Source: Reclinomonas americana ATCC 50394
Lineage: Eukaryota
DNA: 40,101 nucleotides
Direction: 5' to 3'
Assembly (NCBI GenBank): GCA_048213135.1
Contig: PS015196.1
Location: 1 to 40,101 of the forward strand
A program made the translations under genes and the position numbers. The notes beneath the pieces are model-generated. The model was given only the letters and a program-made list of their open reading frames with translations, made no database searches and was not told the DNA's origin. Within the stretch, counting starts at the first letter, position 1. The number at the start of each line of letters is the position of its first letter. Of the stretch, positions 10,429-28,700 are shown piece by piece.

Positions 10429-12480
10429 ATGTCGCTCATTCCTCCGCGTTTTGTGCTACTCTCCATCTCCACCTTCTATACTGTGTGGAGTCGCGTCTCT
10501 CTGTTGCTGCACACACGTGCTCTTGTCATTGCATCTCTCTCTCTCACTCTCTGTCACACATGACAATTAACAGGTGTGATCCGCATGTTTGACCCCTCGT
10601 CTGCTGCTCGCCTCATGTTTGGCAGCGAGCTGTCGGACGATGCAGTTGCGTGCCTTCCACTGCTGTGCATGCACATGTGTGTGCATGCATGTGCAGATTC
10701 CCTCTTGTCTCTCATGCATCTCTCTGTGTCATAGGTGGCCTACATGGCCATGGTGATCCAGACCTTCAATGGTCTCTGCATCATGTATGCAGGCATCCTC
10801 TGTCAGGCCACCCCCACTGCTCGCACCTTTGCGGTCAGTGCTTGCCTGCTCTGCTCTCTTGCTCATCTCTCTTGCTGACTCTCTCTTTCTCGTGTAATGC
10901 ATGCAGGCTGTGGCCATTTGCGAGTCACTGAATGTCGTGCATCTGGGCTACACCATCTTCGGCAGCGGCCTGTATGCCTACAACACCGTCATCAACACGC
11001 TCTTCCTCATTCATGCCTCGTTCGCGATCGCCTGCGTTCTCACCATGCTCACTGGTGAGTTCTCTGTCTGCTTCTCTCCGTTCCGCTGTCTCTCTCTGTC
11101 TCTCACTCACACTCGATCTCTCCCCGTCCATCTGTTGTCTCGTCTTTCTCACGACGGCAGGTTTGTCGCAGGCTCTGTCTTCTTCGTTTTCTAAATCTCC
11201 TCGTCGCTTGCTCAGTCTCCCACATCGCACTCTCTCATTCACTTATTGTTCTGCCTCTCTCTGCGTCAGGCTGTTGCTGGCTCTCGCTGGTTCGTTATCT
11301 CTGTGTCGTTGTTTTCTGCCTCAGCCTTGCGCTGTGTCTTTCTCTCGGCGTCAGTCGATCGCTGGCTCCGTTCCTTGTTCTCATCCTCCTTCCCCATCCG
11401 CATCACACTCTCGCGCTCACTCTTTCTCTTCCTCTCCCTTGCGTTGTGTCTCTCTCTCGGCGTCAGTCGATCGCTGGCTCCGTTCCTTGTTCTCGTTCTC
11501 CGACCCCATCTGCATCGCACTCCTTCTCTCTCTTCCCTTGCGTTGTGTCTCTCTCTCGTGTCAGTCTGTTGTTGGCTCTCGCTGCTTCACTGTCTCATTC
11601 TCCTTGCTCCCTATGTTGTCTGCCTCTTCCTTGCGTTGTGTCTCTCTCTCGGCATCAGTCTGTTGCTGGCTCTCGCTGCTTCATTATCTCTGTCTCCCTG
11701 TTATTTTGCTCTGTGTCATTCTCTTGGCGTCAGCTATTGCTGGGTCTGCCTCCTTCGTTTTCATATGCTCCTGCCCCACCCATATCGCGCTCTGTCGCTC
11801 ACTCCTTCTCTACCTCTCTCTTGCATTGCCTCCATTGCTCGTACTCTACCTCCTTCGTTTCTCTTCCTTCTCCTCCCTCTCTCCCTCCCTCTCCCCTCAC
11901 TCATTTTCTTCCCACAGGCGACTTTAGCGGCGCTCTGCCGAACCAGCCGAGTCCCGGTCGCAAAGTGCTGATGGGCCAGTTCACCCTCAATATCTTCACC
12001 GCCTTCCTCTTTGCGTACAACCCGGCGGGCCAGATGGCGGCCTACTGGGTCATTCCGCCGCCGCCCGAGTCCATTGCCCATCTGGAGACGCTGTTCCGGT
12101 GCGCCCTCTTCTTCCCGCCCTCACATGGCATGCCTTCAGTCCTCACTCCACCCCTTCCTCGCAGCATCTTTGCCGTGTGCGCGGTCCAGTGGCCGTTCCT
12201 GTCTCTGTCCACGCGCTGGCGTCGGGTGAGTCGCCCCGTTCATTATTCAAGAGAAGCAGAGCGCATCTCACACGTGCATCGCACGCAGAGCCTGTGCATG
12301 TCGATTGCGACTGGCCAGCTGCTGATGGGCCTCATTCTGCCGTACAACTACTTTTACAAGGCCGAAGCGCAGCGGCTGTGGGGCACTGCATTCTGGACGG
12401 CGATCTCCTTTGTGTGCGCCACGCTGTACAGCACACTGGCGCCTCCGGCCGAGGTCCCGCGCCTTGAGAAGGCCGAGTAG
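10429..12480 (+). CDS. Uncharacterised multi-pass (~8 TM) membrane protein with two internally similar halves
   Basis: Seven exons join in frame (approx. 10429-10489, 10574-10644, 10735-10833, 10907-11054, 11918-12098, 12165-12225, 12289-12480 TAG): MSLIPPRFVLLSISTFYTVWSVIRMFDPSSAARLMFG...KVLMGQFTLNIFTAFLFAYNPAGQMAAYW...FWTAISFVCATLYSTLAPPAEVPRLEKAE*. Confidence 0.8.
11320..11700 (+). repeat. Degenerate tandem repeats in the long intron of the membrane-protein gene
   Basis: ctctcggcgtcagtcgatcgctggctccgttccttgttctc at ~11342 and ~11454; cttgcgttgtgtctctctctcg at ~11438, ~11537 and ~11630. Confidence 0.8.
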
Positions 12481-12567
12481 TGAGCTGAAATGAAAACGGT
12501 TTCTCAATTTCGTTATTTCGTAGACTCTTTCTTGCTTGTGTGTGAGAGTGAGTGGCGAGCGCGAGAG

Positions 12568-14834
12568 ATGGCGACGAGAAGACCGGTGTGTGTGTCTCTC
12601 TGCTCTCTGCGTCTCAGTGTGAGATGAATGACTGTCAACTGATGTGATGTCGATCATCTTTTGTGCTTGTGCTTGTGTGTGTGTGTGTGTTTGTGTTTGT
12701 GTTTGTGCGTGCAGCTGTTGTTTAACGATCTGGCAGCAGAGGGTGAGTGTGTGTGCGTGCACGTGTGTGTGTGTGTGCATTTGCGATGGTGACACGCGTC
12801 AGATCACTTGTCTCGATCACACACACACTCTCTCTCACCCTACTCCCCTCTCCTTCTCTCTCTCTCTCTCTCTCACCCTTTTCCCTCTCCTTCTCTCTCT
12901 CTCTCTCTCTCTCACTTTCCCCTCACAGGCGGCAACGCATCTGGTGGTGGTGGTGGTGGTGGTGGCAAGCACGGTGGCAGTTCTGGCCGAGGAGGCAGCC
13001 ACGATGCAGGCGGAGCTGCTGCTGCTGGTGCTGCTGCTCCTGGTGGTGGTGGAGGCTCCGTGGGAGGTCGCGCCTTTGCCAGTGCCTTCGGGTTCGATCC
13101 AGACTCGATGCCGATGCAACTCGGCATGCAGTACGGCACCCAGTTGCTCTCCAACGGGACGGCGGTGGTGCAGAAGAATGTTGCGTTGCTGTTGCTGATC
13201 CGCCCGCTCACCCGCGCGACTGTGGGATTGACACGTGCGATCTCTCGGGCAGCTTGGGCGCTGGTTCTCGGCCGATGGTCTGCGCTACTACTTTGCTGTC
13301 TCGCAGCACTACGTGATGACCAAGCTGGCGATGTTGTTCTTCCCGTTCCGCGAGGTGCGCACACCTGCTGGGGGTGGATTGTGTTCTCTGCAGACCTCTC
13401 ACATCGCACGCAGATCAAGGTGAAGCGTCAAATGGGCAACAAGATGGAGGGCGGCGTGGCCGAGTATCTGCCGCCACGCAGTGATCCCGCCGCTCCAGAT
13501 CTGTACTTGCCGCTCATGTCGTTGGTGTCGTACATTCTGCTCGTGGCGTTTTACCACGAGGGCTCCGCGGGCAAGTTGCGCTCCCGCTCCCACTCCTCTC
13601 TTCTCGTCACTCTCTCGTCACTCTCCTTTCCTTCATCACGAGCTCTCGCTCTCGCTTGTCGCTCTCGCTTGTCGCNNNNNNNNNNNNNNNNNNNNNNNNN
13701 NNNNNNNNNNNNNNNNNNNNNNNNNNNNNNNNNNNNNNNNNNNNNNNNNNNNNNNNNNNNNNNNNNNNNNNNNNNNNNNNNNNNNNNNNNNNNNNNNNNN
13801 NNNNNNNNNNNNNNNNNNNNNNNNNNNNNNNNNNNNNNNNNNNNNNNNNNNNNNNNNNNNNNNNNNNNNNNNNNNNNNNNNNNNNNNNNNNNNNNNNNNN
13901 NNNNNNNNNNNNNNNNNNNNNNNNNNNNNNNNNNNNNNNNNNNNNNNNNNNNNNNNNNNNNNNNNNNNNNNNNNNNNNNNNNNNNNNNNNNNNNNNNNNN
14001 NNNNNNNNNNNNNNNNNNNNNNNNNNNNNNNNNNNNNNNNNNNNNNNNNNNNNNNNNNNNNNNNNNNNNNNNNNNNNNNNNNNNNNNNNNNNNNNNNNNN
14101 NNNNNNNNNNNNNNNNNNNNNNNNNNNNNNNNNNNNNNNNNNNNNNNNNNNNNNNNNNNNNNNNNNNNNNNNNNNNNNNNNNNNNNNNNNNNNNNNNNNN
14201 NNNNNNNNNNNNNNNNCCCCTCTCCCTCTCCCCTCTCCCCTCTCCCATCTCCCTCTCCCTCTCTTTCCCTCACCTGTCCCCTCCCTGCCTCACCGCTTCC
14301 CAGATTCAATCCCGAGATCTTTGGCGTCGCCTTCTCCACGGCAGCTGTGCTGCTGGCGCTGGAGGTGCTCTGCGTCAAGTTCGGCCTGTATCTGTTCGAG
14401 ATCGCCAATGCACCGCCGTTCCTGGACTTGCTCAGCTACTCGGGATATAAATTTGTCGGGTGCGTGTCTCTCTCCTCCACACACAAGTGCGCCGCATCGC
14501 CCGTCTCACTGTCTGTGCGCACGAAATCAGCGTGGTCGCCGCCGGTGTGCTCGGTCGCTTCTTTGGCTCCCTGGTGTGGACACTGGCGGCCTGCTACTGG
14601 GGCGCCGCCATTTCTGCATTCTTGGTGCGCTCACACTTGTGTGCTTCTCCTCTCATCCATTGCGTGCTGACCACCATCTCCACCTCCTCTTTCGTGCAGA
14701 TCAAGACGCTGTTGCGGCTGGTGGCCAATGACAACTTTGGCAGTCGTGGACCAGGCGATCTGAAGCGAACGTACTTCCTCATTGGAGTCGGTGCATTGCA
14801 GTTCCCCATGTCGCTGTACTTGGCCTATGTGTGA
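12568..14834 (+). CDS. YIF1: YIF1 (Yip1-interacting factor, ER-Golgi transport)
   Basis: Exons 12568-12585, 12715-12742, 12929-13179, 13253-13354, 13414-13574, 14304-14459, 14531-14624, 14700-14834. Motifs PLLFND, LRYYFAVSQHYVMTKL..LFFPF, PPRSDPAAPDLYLPLMSLVSYIL, KFNPE, LDLLSYSGYKFVG, FLIKTL. Confidence 0.93.
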
Positions 14835-14902
14835 CCGACAGACCGACCCACAAAATGAACGAAAAAATGGTCAGTGGTGACAAAGAAATGTTGCTCCGTG
14901 CC

Positions 14903-19815
<4,913 letters not shown>

Positions 19816-19992
19816 GGACGACGATGATGACGCACCAGCCGCAGCAGAGGAAGAAGCTGTGAGTGAGCAAGTGAGTGAGTGAGTGCAGGGGAGAGAGACA
19901 AGGGTGTGTGTGCGAGCTCACCCATGACGAGTTTAGGCGGACCAATCGATCGGCAATCCACTTTGATTCAAAGCAAACCCTCTGCGATACGC

Positions 19993-22900
19993 ATGAGCGA
20001 TTCTCCGCAGCTTCTGCCTTTGCCTCTGCCGCCTTCACCACCGGCGGCTTCCGCGGCTCGACGGCCCGCAGCAATGAAGCGACTGCTGGACGAGTCTCTC
20101 TCGCAGTCGGCGCTCGATGGCTCCGAGAGCAGTGGCGACTTGCCGCGCTTGTTGCTGGCGCGTGCGGCCTCGCCGACAGTCGCCGCCTCGTTGTCGTCGC
20201 AGCCGTGGATGCTGTTGTCGACGTTGCACTCGTCGGCGTCGCCGTCCATGTCGCTGCCGCCGGATGTGCTGACCGAGGCCGCGCGGGTGCTGGCATCGGC
20301 GTCGGAGGTGACCGAGGCCAACTGGCCGCGCCTGGTTGACACGTTGGCGTTTGTGGAGAGCCGTGTGGGTGAGTGGGCCTTGCTGCCCATGCATGTGTCT
20401 CTCGACCGCTTTTGATTAACAGGTGCAGAGTGGGAACCGCAGCACGCAATGTCAATCCTGACCGCGGAGGATGTGACCGCGGTGTCGGATCTGTTGAATC
20501 GCCCGGTGTCGGCAGACAAGGCGGCGTCACAGGCCGTTCGTCACGGCTGCTTCACGTCACTGGTTGTGATCCACGAGGGTGAGTTTCGCCGTGGTGGCAG
20601 CATACGTGCCAACTCGTTGTTGATTCCGCCGCAGCCGCAACGCAGCACGAGGCCCCACAGCTTGCCAAACTGGTGGTCCACGGCCTCGTGCCGCACTTCC
20701 GCCGAGTGGTCAAGCACATTCTTGTGCAGCTGCAGTCGTGTCCGCTGACGGGCCAGCCGAATGCCGCGGTGCGGTTGCTGCTGGCTGTGGGTGCGTCATG
20801 CCGCTCGAGCACGTCTCGCTCTCGCTGCTGCTGAATCGTCGATGGCCGCACAGTGCAAGCTCGCTCTCCCCGTCTCAAAACTCAGTGCTCGGCAAACGTG
20901 CATTTGTTCCTGCTGGAGGTGCTGCGACGTCCGCGGATCGACGCTGCACTCCGCGCTCGCGTGCATCACCTGCTGGGTTGCATTGGTGTGTGCATGCGCA
21001 TCTTTGTGTGCCTGTGTGTGTTACACGTTATTGACCTTTGCATCGTTGGCAGTGCAACGCTCCCGGTACCGTCGCCTGGTCATCGATCTGTGTGCGCCCG
21101 GCTACCCTTCCGCGCTGCACCTGGCGCTGTCCGACGCATTCTACCTGCTGACGCTCCCCGACGTCACGCCAGAGTGCCGCAACCTTGTTCTGTGTAGTCT
21201 TCGCTGGCTTGGTGAGTCGTACTGCTGCTTGTGGTCCACTGTTTGCACGCTCACCTAACGCTCGTATCGTGCAGTGACGGAGAACTCGCCTGCCAGTCTC
21301 CTGGCGGCCGCAGTGAAGATGAGCGTCACCTCGCCGTTGTGGCACCACCTGCAGAAACTGCGACCCGAAGTCGCCTCCGACGAGGTAATCAGTGTGCTGT
21401 CGGTGCTGTGGCGACTCTCGCGCTTTGTCAAGTCGATGGAGATGAGCGATGACAGTGGAAGCAGCCAATCTACTCGTTTCGTTTTGTCTTTCGGCAGTGG
21501 GTCACACCAGTCAGCTGCATGCTGACAGGTGTGCGTCTGCAGAGTACTGTGTGGATTGGCCGCTGCACCCGGAGGCCTTGCCGTGGCTCCTTGCCTGCGT
21601 GCACCATCAGCGGGCGGAGGAAACGATTGTTCCGGCCGTTGGCTTGTTGCGCGCCGCGAGTGCGTATGTGCAGTGTGGCACACCTGCTAGGGCGTAGAGT
21701 TGCTGACTCGCGTCTCGCAGCGTGGACTCCGGTTATCGCCAAGCGTGCACTGGTGGAGGGTGCGGTGGGTGTGCTGCAGCGGCTGATTTGCTACGGCGGT
21801 GATTTGGAGCGCAGTCGGTACACGGTGGCGAGTCTGCTGGAGACTATTGTGACGTCGGGTGCGTCACCCCTGCGTGAGACACTTGGATTCGAGATGGGCG
21901 ACGATCTCATTGTTGTCACAGGGTGTGCAAGACCAGCCAAGGCGGTGCTGGACATTCCTGGGTTCAATATTGCGAGCGAGGTTCAGCGCGTGATGCGCAT
22001 GGTCGAGAGTCTGGTGATTGGCCCGTTTCTGGCCCCATGCTTGCGCACTCTTGTGCACTGTGAGTTGCACGTCCACAGTTCTGTACATCACGCTGCTCTT
22101 GGCTTATGCATGTCTGTTCAACCCAGTGCTGTTGGTCGGCGGCGTCGGTGGCGTCGCGGTGCCAGTGGTCCCTGAGTCGCTCATCGGTCGATGTCGTGAC
22201 CTGGTGCACAAGTCGACAGAGACCTCGTTGCAAATGGCTGCGCTTCGCCTGCTAGAGACCGTCGGTTTGTCCCCTCCTGCCGCACCCGCTCGTCTGCCGA
22301 AGAGGTCACGCGACGTGCACCTGATTCACAGCACCGGTTGCCGCTCTCGGTAAGACACTCGGTCTCGTGTCGAGCCTGGTCGAGGTTCTCCACCGCGGAT
22401 GCCACGCGCGTGTTGAAGCTGCCATTCTCTCCCTTCTCTGTTACATTGGTCAGTATCGCGTGTCGTGTGCCGCCGATGTCGTTGCAGCTCATGCGTCGTT
22501 GCAGGCGAGAGTGATGTCAAGGCCTTGCATGTGCGAGGCATTCGAAGTGCTCTGGCTGCGCTCCTCAGCAACGGCTGCAGCACGATCGAGGTCTTGGCGG
22601 CGCGATTGTTCCTCTTGCTGTGTGCGTGCATGGGACTCGATGCTTGTGTCTGGTGTGAGTGTCGGCTGACTGACTACCGCGCTTGGTTGCTGCAGATCGG
22701 GGAGCGAACAGGAAGCTGCAGTTGGCACACTTCGTGCCGCAAGTGACACAGGCCGCGCAGTCGGCCGCTACAGACGCACAACCATTGCTGTGCGAACTGT
22801 TGGCGCGCATGGGTTCGCTCGCGTTACTTGCCGATGCTGATTATGTGATATCTCAATGAGTCTTGGTAACGCAGTGGCTGATCAAGTTCACCCGTGCAAG

Positions 22901-24553
22901 GAATTAGGAGCGCTGGTGATACCTGTCATGAAGGCGGCTGTGCAGATGGCTGTGCAAGGCGGCGACGTGAAAGTAGCACTCACTCTTGGTATGGTCTCGA
23001 GCACACTGCGCTGCCTCATAAATCACCTCGCTTACGCTGCACCTCCTCAGTCAAGGAGTGCGCCGAGGTGTCACCGGAGGCGCTGGCGTCGTCGGTGGTG
23101 GGTCCACTTGCAAGTGTGCGGTATCCGGTGGCACACCAACCGGCGTGGTGGATTACGACGCGAGTTCTCGGTCTGTGAGTGAGAGGGGAATGCGGTGGAG
23201 AGGTGTCTGTGACCGCTCACTTTATTCCATTTGACAAGTGTCGCGAGATGCGTCGATGCAGGAGTGCTTTGGCGCACACGACAAGGTGTTTGAGGAGATG
23301 ATGGTGCAGACGCTCGATGCACGGACCAGCGTGACGCCGACTGCTGTTGGTGCCATGCTTGGCACGCTGCTGTCACTCGGTACCGTCCTCTTCGTTGTTG
23401 TCGACGATGCTTTACCTTTCGTCCGTCTCACTCCCAACGCAGTGTCTCGGCACGACTCGTATGTTGCACTGGTGGAGCGACGATTGGCGTGCCTGGTGGA
23501 TCTACTGTTGCGACCCGACGACGTTCCATTAACAACCTTGTTTGGCGCCCTGGGCGTGCTGATCAACTATGGTTTGGCGCGCCGTGCTGATCATCCCCAC
23601 GCACTCGCAGTGCCTGAGTGGTGTGCACCCGTCGCAGTGAATCGACTTCCCGAATCGAGCTGGGACAGTGGAGATCAGCAGGCGTTGGTGCGAGGCGAAG
23701 TGATGCAGCGTGTGGTGGCATTGGTCGGCAGCGAGGATCACTTGGTGCGGAGTCGGGCAGTGGCGCTGCTCGGGAATCTGCGTGAGTGACACGTGAAGAG
23801 AGCTTTCCTGCATTTCCATGTGCCTCCCACTCACCTCCCATCTGCGTGCCTGCATTGCAGTCGCCGCCACCCGTCGCGCCGTGGTGCTGGTGTCGCCTTC
23901 AGCGCTGAGCCGATCCCTGTGCGTGGTATTCAGGAACGACCGCGACCGCCCTGCCATGCTGCAGCATGCACTGCGCGTGCTCAGTCAGCTGAGTTGCGTC
24001 TATCAGGGGGGAGGGAAGGGAGGGGGAGGGCGATGTTCGCGTGGATAAAGTATCGTGTCTGACTGGCGACCCTCGCTCCACTCCGCAGGTTCCCAGTCCA
24101 TCTCGTTGCGCAGCGAGCTGTTCGACACCCAGGTCATGCACTGCTTGATCAAGTTGCTGTCGTCGAGCGTGGAGAGCGTGCTCATCTACGCCATGTATGC
24201 GGTGTCGCAATGCGGTCAGTGATCCGAGTCTGTGTCCACTCACCTTTGCGCGCTCTCACCAGTCACCACAGTGCACAACAACGAAAAAAATCGCAACGAT
24301 TTCATCAACGACGACGGCCTGTACACGCTCATCCACATCACCGACCGGCACTGTCACAGCGCACTGGCACGGGAGGTGATGGCACGCACGCTGGCCGATT
24401 TCGGTATGTCTTCGGTCAATATGCCAGTCACGTGGCGCCATTCTCACCCCCTCCAAATGCGCAGCTCCGTACGACGAGATGGCCAAGCTCCTTAGCCTAC
24501 AGCGGGAACACTTGGTGAAGTCCGGCCACACTCCAGGCATCGTGCGGCTGTGA
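19993..24553 (+). CDS. Large uncharacterised armadillo/HEAT-repeat protein, >20 exons
   Basis: ATG at 19993 (MSDSPQLL..) followed by a regular series of Leu-rich helical exons with GT-AG introns. ARM-like segments: QQALVRGEVMQRVVALVGSEDHLVRSRAVALLGNL and CLIKLLSSSVESVLIYAMYAVSQCVHNNEKNRNDFINDDGLYTL. Ends KSGHTPGIVRL* at 24553. Not every junction was verified. Confidence 0.75.
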
Positions 24554-24591
24554 ATGAAAGATCAATCGACAAACACGCAAACTCAACAACC

Positions 24592-25721
24592 ATGTCGTCG
24601 CGCAAGCGATACATGTTCGGCGGCCGCAGTGGCGGCGACGAGCCACCACAGAAGCGACAGAGAACAGTGGAGGATGAAGAGGAGTACTTCCACGATGATG
24701 AGGTTGAGAAGAAGCATGCATACACGCAATGAGTGAAGCATTGAGCTCACCAGTTCGAAACAACACAGCCTGTGGCCCGTCACTCGTCGTCATTCAGTGG
24801 CGCAGCACCACCACCACCTCCTCCTCCACCTCCTCCACCTCCAGAGGAAGAGGACGAGGTGGATCCACTGGATGCATTCATGAGTGGCATCAATCAACAA
24901 GTGGAGAGTGAGCGACGCAACCCGCCCTCGTCGTCGGCCGCAGCAGCACAGGGCAAGGCTCGTCTTCTCTCTCTCTCTCTCTCCCTCTGTGTGTGTGCAT
25001 GTGTGTGACAAATGAGGGTTGTGTTGCAGGTGTTGGATGATCGGTACGAGGAGGACGATGAGATGGAGTCGTATGTCAAGTACATGCGAGAACTGGCGGC
25101 GGAGGAGAGCGGCAAGACTTACTTGGCCTCCATGCATGCTGGCAGTGGTTAGTCTCTCTCTCGCGCGCACTCTCTCTCTTTGTGTGCATGTGCTTGTTCT
25201 AATTGTTCTCGTGAATAGAGGATGCGGCCGACTCGGATGAGGAAGTGTATGCGGCGGCGCGTGCAGCCGAGGGGCCGCTCAAGTTGCATTCTCTGTTTGT
25301 CTGAGCGCGTGCGTGTGTGCGTATGTACTCTTCTCATGCGCCGTGCACAGATACGATGCCAATGGCATGCCGATTATGCCGCGCAAGAAGGAGGTGGAGA
25401 TACTGGAGCCGCTGGACCACTCGGCGATCGAGTACGACGAGGTGAACAAGGAGTTCTACGTCGAGCATCCGGAGGTGGCCTCGATGACGCCGCAGCAGGT
25501 GGTCGCGCTGCGAAAGGAGCTTGGTGAGGAAGGGGGGGAAGGGAGGAGAGAGGGGAGGGGGTTTGAGAGGGAAGGAGAGGGCGTAAGTGGAGGAGAGGAG
25601 AGACGGGAAAAGGGAGGGACAGACGGTGCATCACGAGTGACAACTGCATTGGGGCGAGAATGAGAGACAAACAGAGATGCTGGAGAGAAGCAGCTGGAGC
25701 TTCGTGAGTGAAACCTGCTTC

Positions 25722-25779
<58 letters not shown>

Positions 25780-28700
25780 GACCAGAGATGCTGTGATGAA
25801 GGGGAGTGGAGGAGAGGAACAGCCGGTGATTCGGAGTGACAACTGCGTTGGGGCGAGAAAGAGAGACAGACAGAGATGCTGTCACGAACGGGAGAGGAAC
25901 AGCTGGTGCTTCGCGAGTGAGAGCTTCAATGAAGCGAGAAAGAGAGACGAAGAGAGATGCTGTGAAGGAGGAGAGTGATAGAGAAGGGATGCAGCCGGTG
26001 CTTCAGGAAGCGAACAGAAATGCAGAGACAGTAATGCGGGATGGCTGAGGAGAGAAGCAGCTGGCGCTTCGTGAGTGTGAGATGCTGTGATCAAGGGGGG
26101 CAAGAGAGGGAATCCTAGCAGTCCCAGTTTCGATTGAGAGCGAGACGACAAGGAGAAGAGACAGGTTGCAGCCACTGCTACCTGTAAATGTTTGAGAACC
26201 AATTCACGAGAACGAGAGACTTGACCTGCAGAAGACTGACTCTTCTCTCTCCCTTCACCCCTCCTGCCATCTCTCCTTTGTGACTGGCAGATGTGACCGT
26301 GTCGGGCCGCGACACGACGAAGCCGGTGACCAAGTTTGCGCACTTTGGATTTGATTCGGTGCTGATGAAAGCCATCGAGCGGGAGGGGTTTGAGAAGCCG
26401 ACACCGATTCAGAGTCAAGCGGTTCCCGTGGCCCTCATGGGTCGTGACATTATCGGCATCGCCAAGACGGGTGAGTCGGAAGAGTCAGCACCACTCTTGT
26501 CCCACACACTCATACAAGATGTGCACTCTCGCCTGTCTCGCTCCAGGTTCCGGCAAGACGGCGGCCTACGTGTGGCCCATGATCACACACATGATGGATC
26601 AGGCGGAGTTGCCGGAGGGTGAGGGCCCGATTGCCGTCATCTGTGCACCGACGCGCGAGCTGGCGCAGCAGATTTATGCGGAGACGAAGAAATACGCGAA
26701 GCCTTTCAATCTCCGGTGAGTGGCCGCGCGCCCACACGCCTGTTCGTCAGCAAATGATCATCTCTGTCGATCCACACAGCACGGTGCTCGTCGGCGGCGG
26801 CTCCTCCAAGTACGAGCAAGAGAAAGCACTCAGGAAGGGCATGGACATTGTGGTGTGCACGCCGGTGCGTGACTCGCTCCACCACCTTCTCGTCATCGCC
26901 ACGCTGATCGACCTCCCTTCTTCTCCGCGTAGGGACGATTCATCGACCACATCAAGAAGCGCCATGTGTCGCTGTTCCGCACCACATTCTTGGTGATTGA
27001 CGAGGCTGATCGCATGTTCGACTTGGGATTCGGTTGGTTGCCGCTTCTCGCGCCGCTCCTCTGTCGCAGTCAGGTTTCTGATGCGCTTGTCGCGCACCCA
27101 TGCAGGCCCACAAGTGACGTCGTTGGTCGGTCAAATTCGTCCCGACCGACAGAGTTGCGCTCGTTTCTCCCTCGTCGCAACCCCTTTGCATCCGCTCATT
27201 TTCTCAATGTCTCCCTGACGCTTGGCAGCTCTTCTGTTTTCTGCCACCTTTGACCGTCGTGTGGAGCGGCTGGCACGCAACATCCTCACCGCACCGGTGC
27301 GCATTGTGGTCGGCGAGGTCGGCGAAGCCAACAAGGATGTCACGCAGATGGTACACATTTTCAACACGGACGACGACAAGAAGCGATGGCTGGTGATGAA
27401 TCTCCGCGACTATGTCTCTCGCGGCTCCGTGATGCTCTTTGTCAGTCGTCGGCAGGACTGCGAACTCGTCACGCAGTTTCTCGGCACCAATGGCTTTGTC
27501 GGTCAGTTGGCGTCCTCCCCTTTCACGCACCGTCGCGGCTGCCTTACATGAAATGTCGGTGCACAGCGGCCAGCATTCACGGTGACAAGCATCAGGAGGA
27601 GCGCGATGAGGCGTTGAGGGCGTTCAAGAATCAGCTGGTGCCGATTCTGTGTGCCACCGATGTGGCCGCTCGCGGTCTCGACATCCCCTCGGTGAAAACC
27701 GTCATCAACTTTGATGCGGCGCGCGACATTGATTCGCACGTGCACCGCATCGGTCGCACGGGTCGTGCCGGGATGAAGGATGGCCTTGCCATCACACTGG
27801 TGCTGCGCAAGGATTCGGCCTTTGCGTGTGACTTGGTGCAGAATTTGGAAGGTGGGGTTTGTGTTTCGCTTGAGGTGATCCGTGGATGAGCGGCACTGAC
27901 ACGCGGGTGCAGTGGCCGGACAGCCAGTGCCACAAGAGTTGATTGATGTGGCTTCGAGGGTGAGCGGTGCTTGCTCCCTTACCCCATCTACCGGTGTCTT
28001 CTCACGATGCTGTGTGTGCGACAGAATCCCCGATTCCGACGAGTGCAGGGTGGCCGTGGTCGAGGTGATGTCACACGGGCGTGTCTCGCATTGTCGTCGT
28101 GTACTGACTTGCATCTCCAGGCCGGGGACGCGGTGGCGGGCGCGGTCGTGGCATTCCTCTGCCCACCGGCTTGCCTGGCATCGGCAGCGGCAGTGGTGCC
28201 GGAGGATCGAGTGGAGCGACGCCGGTGTTTGCCAGGTCGTCAACCTCGTACGCCACCGTGCCCGGTGGGGCAGGAGGTGGTGCGGCTATTCCACCGCCAG
28301 TTGCGAAGGAATAGGGGAAAAGGCAGCAGGGATTCTGTTCTCTCCCGTCTGTGTCCTCACTCTGCTCGCACAGTTGCCGGTGAACATTCCGAGCGGCGTC
28401 AACGCAGCCACTGCGGCCGTGCTTGCCAAGCTGCAGATGCAACACGGTGCCGATGGCGGGAGTCGCGGTCGCGGCGGTGGAGGTGGCGGTGGTGGTGGCT
28501 ATGGTGGCGGTGGTGGTGGTGGCGGTGGTGGTGGCCGATCGTACAGCTCGTCGTCGTACGACCGCCCACCGTCCTACGGGTGCGTTTCGTGTGGCATGCG
28601 TGCTGGTGATTCTCCTCTCGCTCATTGTTGCTGCGCGCACAGATCCGGCAGTCGGAGTGAGGCTGTCTCCGAGTTGCAAGGCCAGTATCGGTCGCAGTTG

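Noticed and set aside
24720-24740. In-frame TGA after DDX42 ..HAYTQ suggesting readthrough or selenocysteine
   Set aside because: Removed by a 51-nt intron (24703-24753) that restores the frame (DDE|FETTQP). All genes here end in standard stops, so there is no sign of a variant genetic code.
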